A stretch of DNA of 64,000 nt from Lacisediminihabitans sp. (GTDB lineage: Bacteria > Actinomycetota > Actinomycetes > Actinomycetales > Microbacteriaceae): contig NZ_DASWPB010000087.1 in assembly GCF_036404185.1 (NCBI RefSeq), positions 3,532 to 67,531 on the forward strand. Direction: 5' to 3'. The position numbers and the translations under genes are program-made. Below are positions 39,122 through 48,699 of the stretch, piece after piece. Position 1 is the stretch's first letter, and every line of letters starts with the position of its first letter. The notes under the pieces are model-generated. The model worked only from the letters and a program-made list of their open reading frames with translations. It had not been told where the DNA came from and did no database searches.

Positions 39122-40522
39122 ATGGACGACATCGAGAGGGTCTTCGAGGCGGCGAGCAGCCTGCTCGCCCGGCTCGCGCGCCTCGACCTCACGACGATGG
39201 ATGACGAGGCGATCTGCTCCATTGTTGCCCGCGCCGAGCGGGCCGGCCGGCTCATCGACACGATCCGTGCCGTCTCCGCCGCAGAGGTCGAGGAACGGTC
39301 TCGATTCGAGTTGGGCGCCGGGGGCCTGTCCTTTCGCAACGGTCATCGCCGCGGCACGGCTCTCGTCGAGCACATCACCAGGGTGTCTCAGGGCGAAGCG
39401 GCTCGGCGCATCCGTTTGGGCATGGCGATCAGAGCACGCCGGTCCCTCGCCGGCGAGACCCTCCCCGCGGCGTATCCGCGGGTCGCGGAGGCGATGATCG
39501 CCGGCCAGCTCGGCACGGACGCCGCCGGCCAGATCGTCCGCTGCCTCGGGCAGGCCGAGAAACACACCGTCATGCTCGATCGCCTGGCTGTGGCGGAGGA
39601 GGCCCTCGTCGAGGCGGCGACCCACGATTGCGCCGACCTCGTCGGGATCCAGGCGGGTATCTGGCGGGAGGCGCTCGATCCCGATGGTGCCGAGGTGCGC
39701 GACGACGAGGTGCGCCAGCGTCGGGGCTTCAGACTGGGGAGGGAGCGACACGGTCTGACGCCCTTCTCCGGCGAGGCGGACCCGACCTTCGCCGCGCTCT
39801 TGCGTTCGGCCTTTGCCGAGGCGAACGCGCCGGATGCAAAACCACGATTTCTCGGCGAGGAAGACACGGCGAGGGGGACGGAACCCGTGACGACGCCGGA
39901 CGGCACGGTGGTCGAGGTGCTGAAGGACCCACGCACCAGGGAGCAGCGACAGCTCGATGTCCTCGTCGGACTGGTGACCGCGGGCGTACGGGCCACGGGC
40001 ACCGAACCGGGCGGAATGCGCAGCACCGCGACCGTGATGGCCGTCGTCCAGCTCAAGGATCTGCAGAGTGGAACGGGTGCCGGCTGGCTCGATGACGTCG
40101 ACGAGCCCATCTCTGGCCGGAGCGTGCGGGAATTGGCCTGCGACGCGGAACTGCAGACGGTCATTCTGGGTGACAACGGCAAGGTGGTTCACCTCGGGAT
40201 CGGCAGACGGTATTTCACGACGCCCCAACGACGAGCCCTGGCGGTGCGAGACGGCGGATGCGTCTGGCCGCAGTGCACCGCACCACCCAGCTGGTGCCAT
40301 GCCCACCACGTCGAGGAATGGCAGCACGGTGGCCGGACGAGCATCGACAACGGCCTGCTGCTCTGCCCGGCGCACCATCACATGCTGCACAACTCCGACT
40401 TCCAGTTCAGGATGATCGGAGGTAAGCCACGACTGCTCGCGCCGCCCTGGATCGATCCCGATCAGACCTGGCGACCGGTGGGACGCACCCGCGCCATGAT
40501 GACGGAGACCCTCCCTGTCTAG
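39122..40522 (+). CDS. DUF222 + HNH endonuclease (13E12-repeat family)
   Basis: LDPDG, DPRT.EQR..D, RELACDA, RYFT..QRRAL.VRDGGC.WPQC......C.AHH...W.HGG.T...NG.LLC..HH. Confidence 0.93.
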   Translation: MDDIERVFEAASSLLARLARLDLTTMDDEAICSIVARAERAGRLIDTIRAVSAAEVEERSRFELGAGGLSFRNGHRRGTALVEHITRVSQGEAARRIRLGMAIRARRSLAGETLPAAYPRVAEAMIAGQLGTDAAGQIVRCLGQAEKHTVMLDRLAVAEEALVEAATHDCADLVGIQAGIWREALDPDGAEVRDDEVRQRRGFRLGRERHGLTPFSGEADPTFAALLRSAFAEANAPDAKPRFLGEEDTARGTEPVTTPDGTVVEVLKDPRTREQRQLDVLVGLVTAGVRATGTEPGGMRSTATVMAVVQLKDLQSGTGAGWLDDVDEPISGRSVRELACDAELQTVILGDNGKVVHLGIGRRYFTTPQRRALAVRDGGCVWPQCTAPPSWCHAHHVEEWQHGGRTSIDNGLLLCPAHHHMLHNSDFQFRMIGGKPRLLAPPWIDPDQTWRPVGRTRAMMTETLPV

Positions 40523-41085
40523 GCGTGCTGGCGCGCGTGCAGTCCCTCTCGGATCTCCTCGACGAGCTTGGCGTTGAATGCCGGCAGGTCGTCGGGCTGG
40601 CGACTGGTCACGAAGCCCCCGTCGGTGACGACCTCCTCGTCGCTCCAGATCGCGCCGGCGTTGCGCAGGTCGGTCCGCAGCGTCCGGTAGCTCGTCAGCC
40701 GACGGCCATCCACCACTCCTGCCTCGATGAGGATCCACGGCGCATGGCAGATCGCGGCGACCGGCTTCCGGGTGGCGAAGAACTCGCGCACGAACCGCAC
40801 GGAATCCTCGTCCACGCGCAGGGCGTCGGCATTGATCACGCCGCCGGGCAGCACGAGGGCATCGAACTCGGTCGCATCGGTGTCGGTCACCGACCGATCG
40901 ACCTCGAAGACGTCACCCTTGTCGACGTGGTTGAAGCCCTGCACCGTGTCTCCCTTCGGGGAGACGAGCACGGGGGTTCCGCCGGCTTCCTTCACCGCCT
41001 GCCATGGACTGGTCAATTCGATCTGCTCGACGCCGTCGGTCAGCAGAAAAGCGATCTTCTTACCTGAGATGTCTGCGGTAGCCAT
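40519..41085 (-). CDS. PfpI/DJ-1 family type 1 glutamine amidotransferase-like protein
   Basis: DGVEQIEL, DALVLPGG..NAD.LR, AAICHAPW, TSRQPDDLPAF. Confidence 0.93.
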   Translation of the reverse strand: MATADISGKKIAFLLTDGVEQIELTSPWQAVKEAGGTPVLVSPKGDTVQGFNHVDKGDVFEVDRSVTDTDATEFDALVLPGGVINADALRVDEDSVRFVREFFATRKPVAAICHAPWILIEAGVVDGRRLTSYRTLRTDLRNAGAIWSDEEVVTDGGFVTSRQPDDLPAFNAKLVEEIREGLHARQHA

Positions 41086-41303
41086 AACCTCTCCTGTTCA
41101 TCCTTCGCTTGGTCTGTCGGGCTCGGTCGTCCCGACGGCGAGGACGGTAGGCGCGGAAGCTGGATCCTGGCTCACAGATTCCTTCCCGTCCGATCCACGA
41201 GCACGCTGGCATGCCGCGGCGGCCGGTGGGACAATTTCAGCGACGGCCGACCGTGACCCGAGCCGACCGCCCGACCTGCCCGCAACGAGAACGAGGAGCT
41301 CGA

Positions 41304-41879
41304 ATGACCACCCCGACCCCAGGACTTCTTCCCGGAATACCGCTCGGAATGCTGCGCATCCATCGTGGCGAACTCATCGCGGTGTCCATCATCGGAGTGA
41401 TACTCGGCCTCGTCGGCCTGTTCCTCCCCGGCGTCACCCTGCTCACCGTGGCGATCATCTTCGGCAGCTACCTCATCGTCTCCGGCATCTTCCGCATCAC
41501 CGCCGCGTTCGTCTCGCACGGCCTGACCACCGGCCTCCGCTGGCTCACCGGCATCATGGGACTCATCGTCATCGTGGCCGGCATCATCTGCCTCGCCGAT
41601 CCGTTCGGCTCACTCGTGGTGCTGGCCTTCGTCATCGGGATCGGCTGGATCGCCGAGGGCATCACGGACGTGATCGGTGGCCTGCGCGGCTCCGTACGGC
41701 CTCGATGGTTCGGGATCGTGAGCGGTGTCATCTCCATCCTGGCCGGAATCGTCACCTTCGTCCTTCCGGCGCTCGCGGTCGTCACCTTCGTCACGATCGC
41801 CTCCGTGCTGCTCATCGTCGTCAGCCTCAGTACGCTCTTCACCCTGCCGAGGAGGAACGCGGCGGCGACCTCCGTCTGA
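41304..41879 (+). CDS. HdeD/DUF308 family membrane protein
   Basis: Six TM helices in two repeats; GAGGAG RBS. Confidence 0.85.
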   Translation: MTTPTPGLLPGIPLGMLRIHRGELIAVSIIGVILGLVGLFLPGVTLLTVAIIFGSYLIVSGIFRITAAFVSHGLTTGLRWLTGIMGLIVIVAGIICLADPFGSLVVLAFVIGIGWIAEGITDVIGGLRGSVRPRWFGIVSGVISILAGIVTFVLPALAVVTFVTIASVLLIVVSLSTLFTLPRRNAAATSV

Positions 41880-41945
41880 CCGGATGCGACCGTGTCCGGA
41901 CGGCGCGACCGACCGGTGCACAATTGATCCGGACGAAAGGCCAGA

Positions 41946-42644
41946 ATGACGATTCGCGCCGCAGCAGACGGCTCAGCCCTCGGCAACCCCGGACCGGCGG
42001 GCTGGGCCTGGTACGTCAACGACGATTGCTGGGCGGCGGGCGGCTGGAAACACGCCACGAACAATCAGGCGGAGCTCACCGCGGTCCTCCAGCTGTTGCG
42101 CGCGACCGCACACGTCCCCGACGAGCTGCTCATCCTCTGCGACAGCCAGTACGTCATCAATTGCGTCACCAGATGGATGCCTGGCTGGAAGAAGAAGGGC
42201 TGGCGCAAGGCGGACGGCAAGCCGGTGATGAACGTCGAACTGCTCAAGGAGCTGGATCAGGCGCTGGTCGGGCGACGGTATCGCTTCGAGTGGGTGAAGG
42301 GACACGCCAACCATCCGCTCAACGAGGCGGCGGATGCGAGGGCGAGAGCCGTCTCGGAGGCCTATCAGCGGGGAACGACCGTGCCGAGCGGTCCCGGCTT
42401 CGTCAGGGACGGTGAGCGGCGGGTTGAACGCCCCGCGGCCACCGAGCTGGCGGCCGCCGCCCGACCGACGACCGGCACCGGGACGCCGCCGCTCTTCTCC
42501 CTGGACGGGCAGGCGTCGACCGAGGACCGACCGGCGGAGATCCCGCTCCTGCTTCATCTCACTCCCGCGGAGCATGAGCGACTGCTGGCACGGGCGAAAC
42601 GGCGAGGAACCAGCCCGGAACAGCTGCTGAAGGAACTGATCTAG
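41946..42644 (+). CDS. rnhA: Ribonuclease HI with C-terminal extension
   Basis: DGSALGNPGPAGW, TNNQAELTA, DSQYV, WVKGHA.HPLNE.AD..A. Confidence 0.93.
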   Translation: MTIRAAADGSALGNPGPAGWAWYVNDDCWAAGGWKHATNNQAELTAVLQLLRATAHVPDELLILCDSQYVINCVTRWMPGWKKKGWRKADGKPVMNVELLKELDQALVGRRYRFEWVKGHANHPLNEAADARARAVSEAYQRGTTVPSGPGFVRDGERRVERPAATELAAAARPTTGTGTPPLFSLDGQASTEDRPAEIPLLLHLTPAEHERLLARAKRRGTSPEQLLKELI

Positions 42645-42713
42645 GAGACCGGTTGCCGCGCCCCTTCCGGCGGTCAGGCCGGCAGTGCACGGCGCGATAG
42701 CCGGTTGCGACTC

Positions 42714-44165
42714 TCAGTCCCTTCCGAGGTGAGGGGTGGCCGTGATGCCGAACTCCGCGCGGAGTGCGGCCCGTGCGGCGTAGAACCCGGCCAGTCCATG
42801 GATTCCTGGGCCGGGGGCGGTGGAGGCCGAGCACAGGTAGAGGCCCTCGGCAGGCGTCCGCCAGGGAACCGGCGCCAGCACCGGCCGCGCGATGAGCTGC
42901 CCGAGATCGACGTCACCGCCGGCGATGTCTCCTCCGACGTAGTTGGGGTTATAGCCCTCCAGTTCCGTGGCCGTCATGGCCGACGAGGCGAGGATGGTGT
43001 CGCGGAAGCCGGGGGCGTAGCGCTCGATCCTCGCGGTGATCGCCTCGGTACGATCCTCGGTCGAGCCGCGAGGGACGTGGGTATAGGCCCAGAGGACGTG
43101 TCGGGCCGCCGGCGCCCTGCTCTGATCGAAGGCGGTGGGCTGGGAGACGAGAACGTACGGATCGGACGGATGGCGACCGGCCGCGACATCCGCCTCCGCC
43201 GCGACCATCTGGGCGCGGGTTCCCCCGACGTGCACGGTGCCCGCCCGCGCCACCTCGCTGTTCGTCCAGGGCACCGGCCCGGAGAGCGCGAAGTCCACCT
43301 TCGCCACCGCGTTGCCGTACCGATAGCGTTCCATCGCGTGGCGGTAACCGGCAGGCAATCGGTCGCCGGCGATGCGAGACAGCGCTTTGGGGGACACGTC
43401 GAGAAGAACGGCGGCGGCTCGCGGGAGCTCGTTCAGGTCGGTCACCTCGGTGCCGGTGACGATCTCGCCGCCGTGGCGGAGGAGATCGTCCGCCATCGCC
43501 GCGATGATCGCCTGGCTACCGCCGACCGGGATCGGCCACCCCCGCGCGTGCGCCGTGGTGGCCAGCACGAGCCCCGCCGCGGCGGCTCCGAGGCTGGGCA
43601 ACGGACGATTGGAGTGGGCCAATGCTCCGGTGAGCAGGGCGGGGGCGACATCGCCGCCGAATCGCAGGTCCCAGGCGGCGCTTCCTTGTTCCAGGATGCG
43701 CAGGCCGAGGAGCGCGACGGCGAGCGGGTGCCGCGGCGACCGGACCATCGGGGAGCCCGCGAACCGGGCGACCTCGTCGGCGCGGCGGACGAGCGGGGAG
43801 AACAGCCGCTCCCAGGCCGGTCCATCGCTTCCGAGCGAGTCGGCCGTGCGGTCGAGGTCCCGCCAGGCGAGCCCGGCCCTGCCGTCGTCGAGCGGCTGAG
43901 CGTAGGAGAGCTCCGGCACGATCATGTCGACACGCTTGGCCAGCTCGAACCGGCGGAAGAACCCGGACGACAGCGCGAGCGGATGGACGGCAGAGCACAC
44001 GTCGTGCAGGAACCCCGGCAGCGTCAGCTCCCCGCTGCGTGCTCCACCTCCGATGGTCGCGTTCCGCTCATACACCCGCACGGCGAGCCCGGCCCTGGCG
44101 AGGGTCACGGCGGCAGCCATCCCGTTGGGGCCGGAACCCACGACGATCGCGTCCACGGAGTCCAT
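42714..44165 (-). CDS. Phytoene dehydrogenase-like FAD-dependent oxidoreductase
   Basis: VVGSGPNG, HDVCSAVHP, YLCSASTAPGPGIHG. Confidence 0.9.
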   Translation of the reverse strand: MDSVDAIVVGSGPNGMAAAVTLARAGLAVRVYERNATIGGGARSGELTLPGFLHDVCSAVHPLALSSGFFRRFELAKRVDMIVPELSYAQPLDDGRAGLAWRDLDRTADSLGSDGPAWERLFSPLVRRADEVARFAGSPMVRSPRHPLAVALLGLRILEQGSAAWDLRFGGDVAPALLTGALAHSNRPLPSLGAAAAGLVLATTAHARGWPIPVGGSQAIIAAMADDLLRHGGEIVTGTEVTDLNELPRAAAVLLDVSPKALSRIAGDRLPAGYRHAMERYRYGNAVAKVDFALSGPVPWTNSEVARAGTVHVGGTRAQMVAAEADVAAGRHPSDPYVLVSQPTAFDQSRAPAARHVLWAYTHVPRGSTEDRTEAITARIERYAPGFRDTILASSAMTATELEGYNPNYVGGDIAGGDVDLGQLIARPVLAPVPWRTPAEGLYLCSASTAPGPGIHGLAGFYAARAALRAEFGITATPHLGRD

Positions 44166-44317
44166 GTCCCTCACCATACGCAGGTGGCGTCGGAGGGGAC
44201 AGGGGTGCTGAGAAGGCAGGCCCACCGGAAGCAGACAGAGCTGTCTCGGCCGTCACGATCTGGTGACGGCCGAGTCACAACCCCTGGAGCAGGATGCGAA
44301 CAGAGGGAGAACGACCA

Positions 44318-45292
44318 ATGAGAAGCATTATCACCAGGGGGCACAGCATCAACGACACGAGTACACGGAAAAGGTTCACGCCGAGGGCGGTGATGATCAT
44401 GGTCGTCGCGATCGTGGCCGCGCTGTTCCTGATCGTCTCGCCCGGCCTTTCCGGCCAGTCCGCGTCTGCGGCAGTTCCACAGAACATCGGACAGTGCAAC
44501 GGTGACTACGACGGTGCCGGGGGACGCATCGCTTGCGATGTCGTGGTCAACAATTATCTCGACGTCGCTACCGGGGTCACCAGCTCGACCACGGTCACCA
44601 CACTGTGCCAGAGTGCCGCGGGCGTGATCCTGCCCACCAGCAGCTGCACCGTCACGTCGATCCCCTCGCTCAATCTGATCACTTCGGTCACCCAGTGCAA
44701 CGACAACGGCAACGGCGGCGGCGGCCAGATGGTCTGCAACGTCACGATCGTCAACCACATCGTCGGGGCGGCGACGTACGCCGGCGTCACCGTGAAGCAG
44801 TGCCAAGATTCGGAGTCCGGAGGCGTTCCGATCTGCGATCCGGTACAGAACACCACAGACGCGACCGTGCAACAGTGCAACGGTTCGGCCAACGGCGATG
44901 GTGGCCTGGTGACCTGCACCGTCACGATTGCGGGTGAGGGAGCGGCGCTTCCGGTCTCGGTAAACCAGTGCAACGGCTCGGAGAACGGGGGCGGAAGCAC
45001 CGTCACCTGCACCTACGCGGTCTCCAACATCGTGACCGCCGCGGTCGTCGTGCCGCCGGTCGTGACGCCGCCCGCCACGACCCCGCCGGCAGCGACCACA
45101 CCGAGTCCGACCGCGGAAGAGGCCGCTCGGCAAGCGGCGGCGGCACGTGAACTCGCCAGCACGGGAGCCAACGATCTGCCTCTGGCGCTCGGCGGACTCA
45201 TCACCCTGATGCTCGGGGCCGGACTGATCATGATCGCCGCCCGCCGCCGGGCCATGAAGGACAGGAACGACCTGAACAGCAAGGCGATGTAA
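44318..45292 (+). CDS. Secreted Cys-paired-repeat protein with LAXTG sortase signal
   Basis: Signal peptide ending SASA, repeated QCNG...GG...C(T/N/D)V units, Pro/Thr linker, LASTG + TM + RRRAMK tail. Confidence 0.85.
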   Translation: MRSIITRGHSINDTSTRKRFTPRAVMIMVVAIVAALFLIVSPGLSGQSASAAVPQNIGQCNGDYDGAGGRIACDVVVNNYLDVATGVTSSTTVTTLCQSAAGVILPTSSCTVTSIPSLNLITSVTQCNDNGNGGGGQMVCNVTIVNHIVGAATYAGVTVKQCQDSESGGVPICDPVQNTTDATVQQCNGSANGDGGLVTCTVTIAGEGAALPVSVNQCNGSENGGGSTVTCTYAVSNIVTAAVVVPPVVTPPATTPPAATTPSPTAEEAARQAAAARELASTGANDLPLALGGLITLMLGAGLIMIAARRRAMKDRNDLNSKAM

Positions 45293-45365
45293 GCCATATG
45301 CCGCCTTCGCGATTCGGCGAGATCGTGGGTTATCCTTGATCGAGTCGAGGAACCGGGTGACCCTC

Positions 45366-46529
45366 ATGATGCACGTGCACGCCGCCAGCGATGGTCCTGC
45401 TTCGATCAATGGCAGCAGCAGGCCAAGCGGCCAGACAACGTTCTCGCCGGAACGTGCGCTGGAGGCGGTGGGCGACAGGTGGAGCCTGCGCATCTTCCGG
45501 GACGCGATGTTCCGGAACACCAGTCGCTTCGCGGACTTCGAGGAGCGCAGCGGTGCTGCCCCGGACATCCTGGCCGCTCGGCTCGACGGATTCGTGGGCG
45601 CCGGACTGATGGAGACCCGCCAGACCGGTGACGGGATCGACTACCTGCTCACCGACCAGGGGCGCAACCTGGAGCCGGTGATCATCGCCCTGACCACCTG
45701 GGGAGACGGCTGGACCGGCCCGCAGGGGCCACCGATCGCCTTCCCCCACGATGCCCCGATCACCGAGGCGCTGCGACAGACGCATCTCACCATCGTCGGT
45801 GACGCTCCCGCGGAGACGCTGCTCATCGAGATCACGCTGCTCGGTGCCTTCTCCGTACGGGTGAACGGCACGGTCGTCGGGCAGCTCTCGGTCGGATCGC
45901 AACGGCTGCTCGTCTTCCTCGCTCTGCATCACCGCTCCGTCACCCGCATCGCCATGGCCGGGAAGATGTGGCCGGAGGTCTCCGACGAACGAGCGGGCAT
46001 CAGCCTGCGGTCGGCGCTCTCCCGGCTGGACACCTCGACCAGGGAAGCGGTGCTCTCCGCGTCGGCGGGGCTGAGCCTCGTCGAATCCGTCGCCGTCGAC
46101 CTCCGGGATGCGCGGGCCCTGGCGGCTCGCCTGGTGCAGCCGGACGGCTCACCGCTCGACAGCGACCTGAGCGCGGCCGCGACCGCGACCCTCTCGATGG
46201 AACTGCTGCCGGACTGGTACGACGATTGGGTCGTCGCCGAGGCGGAAGACTGGCGGCAGCTGAGGATGAATGCCCTCGAGGCCCAGGCTGCGATCCTCGC
46301 CGAACGGGGGCGGCTGGCAGAGGCGGCCGGTGCGGCGAGGGCCGCCATCAAGGTCGAACCGCTTCGCGAGAGCGCTCATGCGAGCCTGATCCGGGTGCAT
46401 CTGGCCGAAGGCAACCAGTCCGAGGCGCTGCGCGTCTACGACAGGTACCTGACCCTCCTGCGCGAGGGTCTGGGGCTGGAGCCCACCAACAGGCTCACCG
46501 ACCTCATCGCCGATATTCGTCGCGCCTGA
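45366..46529 (+). CDS. HxlR wHTH - SARP/BTAD fusion transcriptional regulator
   Basis: N-term ALEAVGDRWSLRI...RF.DF...LT.QG..L.PV..AL..WGD.W; C-term ITLLGAF, LLPDWYDDWV, EPLRESAH..L...HL.EGN..EALR.Y; start uncertain. Confidence 0.85.
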   Translation: MMHVHAASDGPASINGSSRPSGQTTFSPERALEAVGDRWSLRIFRDAMFRNTSRFADFEERSGAAPDILAARLDGFVGAGLMETRQTGDGIDYLLTDQGRNLEPVIIALTTWGDGWTGPQGPPIAFPHDAPITEALRQTHLTIVGDAPAETLLIEITLLGAFSVRVNGTVVGQLSVGSQRLLVFLALHHRSVTRIAMAGKMWPEVSDERAGISLRSALSRLDTSTREAVLSASAGLSLVESVAVDLRDARALAARLVQPDGSPLDSDLSAAATATLSMELLPDWYDDWVVAEAEDWRQLRMNALEAQAAILAERGRLAEAAGAARAAIKVEPLRESAHASLIRVHLAEGNQSEALRVYDRYLTLLREGLGLEPTNRLTDLIADIRRA

Positions 46530-46540
46530 TCGGCTCTGGC

Positions 46541-47725
46541 ATGCCGTTCTCGATCGTCCTCGATGTGCTGCTCTGCCTCATGCTGCTCTTCTACACCGTG
46601 CACGGCCTTCAGGTCGGTCTCGTCCAGAGCCTCGGCGGCATCGTCGGGGTCATCGTCGGTGCCGTCGCCGCCTTCTTCGCCATCCCACTCGTCGCCGGCT
46701 GGGTCTCGACGAGCGCCTGGCGACTGCCGATCGTGCTCATCGTCGTCCTTCTTCTCCTGGGACTCGGCCAGGCGCTCGGTGGCCGGGCCGGACGCTTCCT
46801 CCGCCGCAGGCTTGAGAAGTCGCCCCTGCGGGGCTTCGACCGGCTGTTCGGAGCGGCCGTCACCCTCGTGGTCGCGGCGATCGTCACCTCGATGCTCGCC
46901 TTCGGCCTCGGCTCGCTGGGGGCGCCGTTCATCTCGCAGGCGATCGGCTCGTCGGCGGTCATCCGCACCATCGACGACCTGACGCCGAATCCGGTCAAGT
47001 CCCTCGAAGCTCAGGTGCGCGGTCTCGTGGCCGAGGACGGCCTCCCCCGCCTCTTCGACGCGATCGGCACCGGGGAACCCCTCGTCGTCCCCGACGCCGG
47101 TTCTGACACCGCCGCCCAGCAGGCCGCCGCGAAATCGGTGGTCAAGATCGTCGGCAACGCCTATCAGTGCGGTCAGAACCAGTCGGGAAGCGGCTTCGTC
47201 GTCTCTTCCGGACGGATCGTGACCAACGCCCACGTCGTTGCCGGCGTCGACCAGCCCGTCGTCGAGGCTCCGAACGGCGGTGCCTGGACCGGCAAGGTGG
47301 TCTACTTCGACAGCGCGGCCGACCTCGCCGTCGTCGCCGTCAGCGGGATGCCGACGCCGGCACTACAGCTCGGAACGGACCTGAAGGCCGGCGACGACGC
47401 CGTCTTCGACGGCTACCCGCTCGGCGGTCCGTTCAGCTCCTCCCCGGCGGCGGTTCAGAGCATCAACACCGTCGACGTCCCCGACATCTACGGGGGCGAC
47501 CCGGCACCGAGGAAGGTCTACTACCTCGCCGCGCAGGTGCAGGAGGGCAACTCCGGCGGACCGCTGCTCGACGCGGCGGGCAAGGTCGTCGGCGTCGTCT
47601 TCGCCAAGTCGGCGACGACGAAGGACCTCGGTTTCGCGATGACGACCGACACGCTTCGGTCGGTCGCGGCGGAGGCGCCGACGCTCAGCTCCGCCGTCGC
47701 CTCCGGTCACTGCACCGCCGGCTGA
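46541..47725 (+). CDS. MarP family membrane serine protease
   Basis: Colicin V production-like 4-TM N-terminus, GSGFVV, TNAHVV, DLAV, GNSGGP. Confidence 0.92.
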   Translation: MPFSIVLDVLLCLMLLFYTVHGLQVGLVQSLGGIVGVIVGAVAAFFAIPLVAGWVSTSAWRLPIVLIVVLLLLGLGQALGGRAGRFLRRRLEKSPLRGFDRLFGAAVTLVVAAIVTSMLAFGLGSLGAPFISQAIGSSAVIRTIDDLTPNPVKSLEAQVRGLVAEDGLPRLFDAIGTGEPLVVPDAGSDTAAQQAAAKSVVKIVGNAYQCGQNQSGSGFVVSSGRIVTNAHVVAGVDQPVVEAPNGGAWTGKVVYFDSAADLAVVAVSGMPTPALQLGTDLKAGDDAVFDGYPLGGPFSSSPAAVQSINTVDVPDIYGGDPAPRKVYYLAAQVQEGNSGGPLLDAAGKVVGVVFAKSATTKDLGFAMTTDTLRSVAAEAPTLSSAVASGHCTAG

Positions 47726-47727
47726 GG

Positions 47728-48498
47728 CTAGACCGCTCCGAGCGAGACCGCCAGGAAGTCGAGGGTGCGCCGCCAGGCATCCTCGGCGATCTCCGGGCGA
47801 TAGGTGTGCACGTTGGTGTCGTTGAAGAAGGCATGGCCCGCACCCTCGTACACCTTCGATGTGAAGTCGACGCCGGCCGCCTGCATCGCGGCGCTCACCT
47901 CCGGCAGGCTCTGCATCAGCCTCTCGTCCTCCTCGCCGTAGAAGGCGAGGATCGGGCTCGTGATGGTGTGCACCTGTCCGAGTTCCGGCGGCGACCCGTA
48001 GAACGGGACGGCGGCCGCAACCCTGCCGTCCGCTGCCGCGAGGGCGAAACTGTAGCTGCCGCCGAAACAGAATCCGACGACCGCGATGCGCCCGGCGACC
48101 CCCGGCCGCGCGGCCAGATAGTCGACGCAGGAACGGAGCGCCGAGACCGCCCAGGCGCCGTACTCCGGAACGTGCATGGGAGTGAAGGCCTCGCGCAGCC
48201 GCGGCTGGCCCTCCGCGCGCACCCTCTCATCCGTGCTCGTCATGATCGCGGCGAGTTCCAGGCCGATGCTCGGCTCGATGCCGATCGAGCTGAGCAGATC
48301 GGGGGCGATGACCAGATAGCCCTCCGCCGCGAAGCGATCGGCGACGTCCTTGATGTGTTCGACGAGGCCCCAGATCTCGTGGATGAGGACGACGGCGCCC
48401 TTCGGCGGCCCGTCGGGACGGACGAGGTAGGCGGAGAACTCCTTCGGCCTGTTCTCCGCTGGTTCGGTCTTGACGGGAAGCGTCAGCATCTCTGGCAT
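47728..48498 (-). CDS. Dienelactone hydrolase family protein
   Basis: HEIWGL, GFCFGG, AGHAFFND. Confidence 0.93.
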   Translation of the reverse strand: MPEMLTLPVKTEPAENRPKEFSAYLVRPDGPPKGAVVLIHEIWGLVEHIKDVADRFAAEGYLVIAPDLLSSIGIEPSIGLELAAIMTSTDERVRAEGQPRLREAFTPMHVPEYGAWAVSALRSCVDYLAARPGVAGRIAVVGFCFGGSYSFALAAADGRVAAAVPFYGSPPELGQVHTITSPILAFYGEEDERLMQSLPEVSAAMQAAGVDFTSKVYEGAGHAFFNDTNVHTYRPEIAEDAWRRTLDFLAVSLGAV

Positions 48499-48641
48499 GG
48501 CACGATTCTTCCACCGCAACCCTGACGCCCCGCTGGGTCGGCCCGGAGGCGGCTGAATGCCCGCGGCGCGCGGATCTTCACCTTTTTCCCACGGAACCCT
48601 TGTGCTTCACCCCGCGACGGAGGCATCCTGGATGAAGAACA

Positions 48642-48699
48642 ACTCATCGCCCGTGAGAAGAGCCGCACCAAGTGCCGCACCCCGGGCGATGAGTCTTTT
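48642..48699. terminator. Large-loop hairpin: terminator and/or small RNA
   Basis: 12-bp stem ACTCATCGCCCG/CGGGCGATGAGT, 29-nt loop with GCCGCACC twice, followed by CTTTT on the plus strand. Confidence 0.6.
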
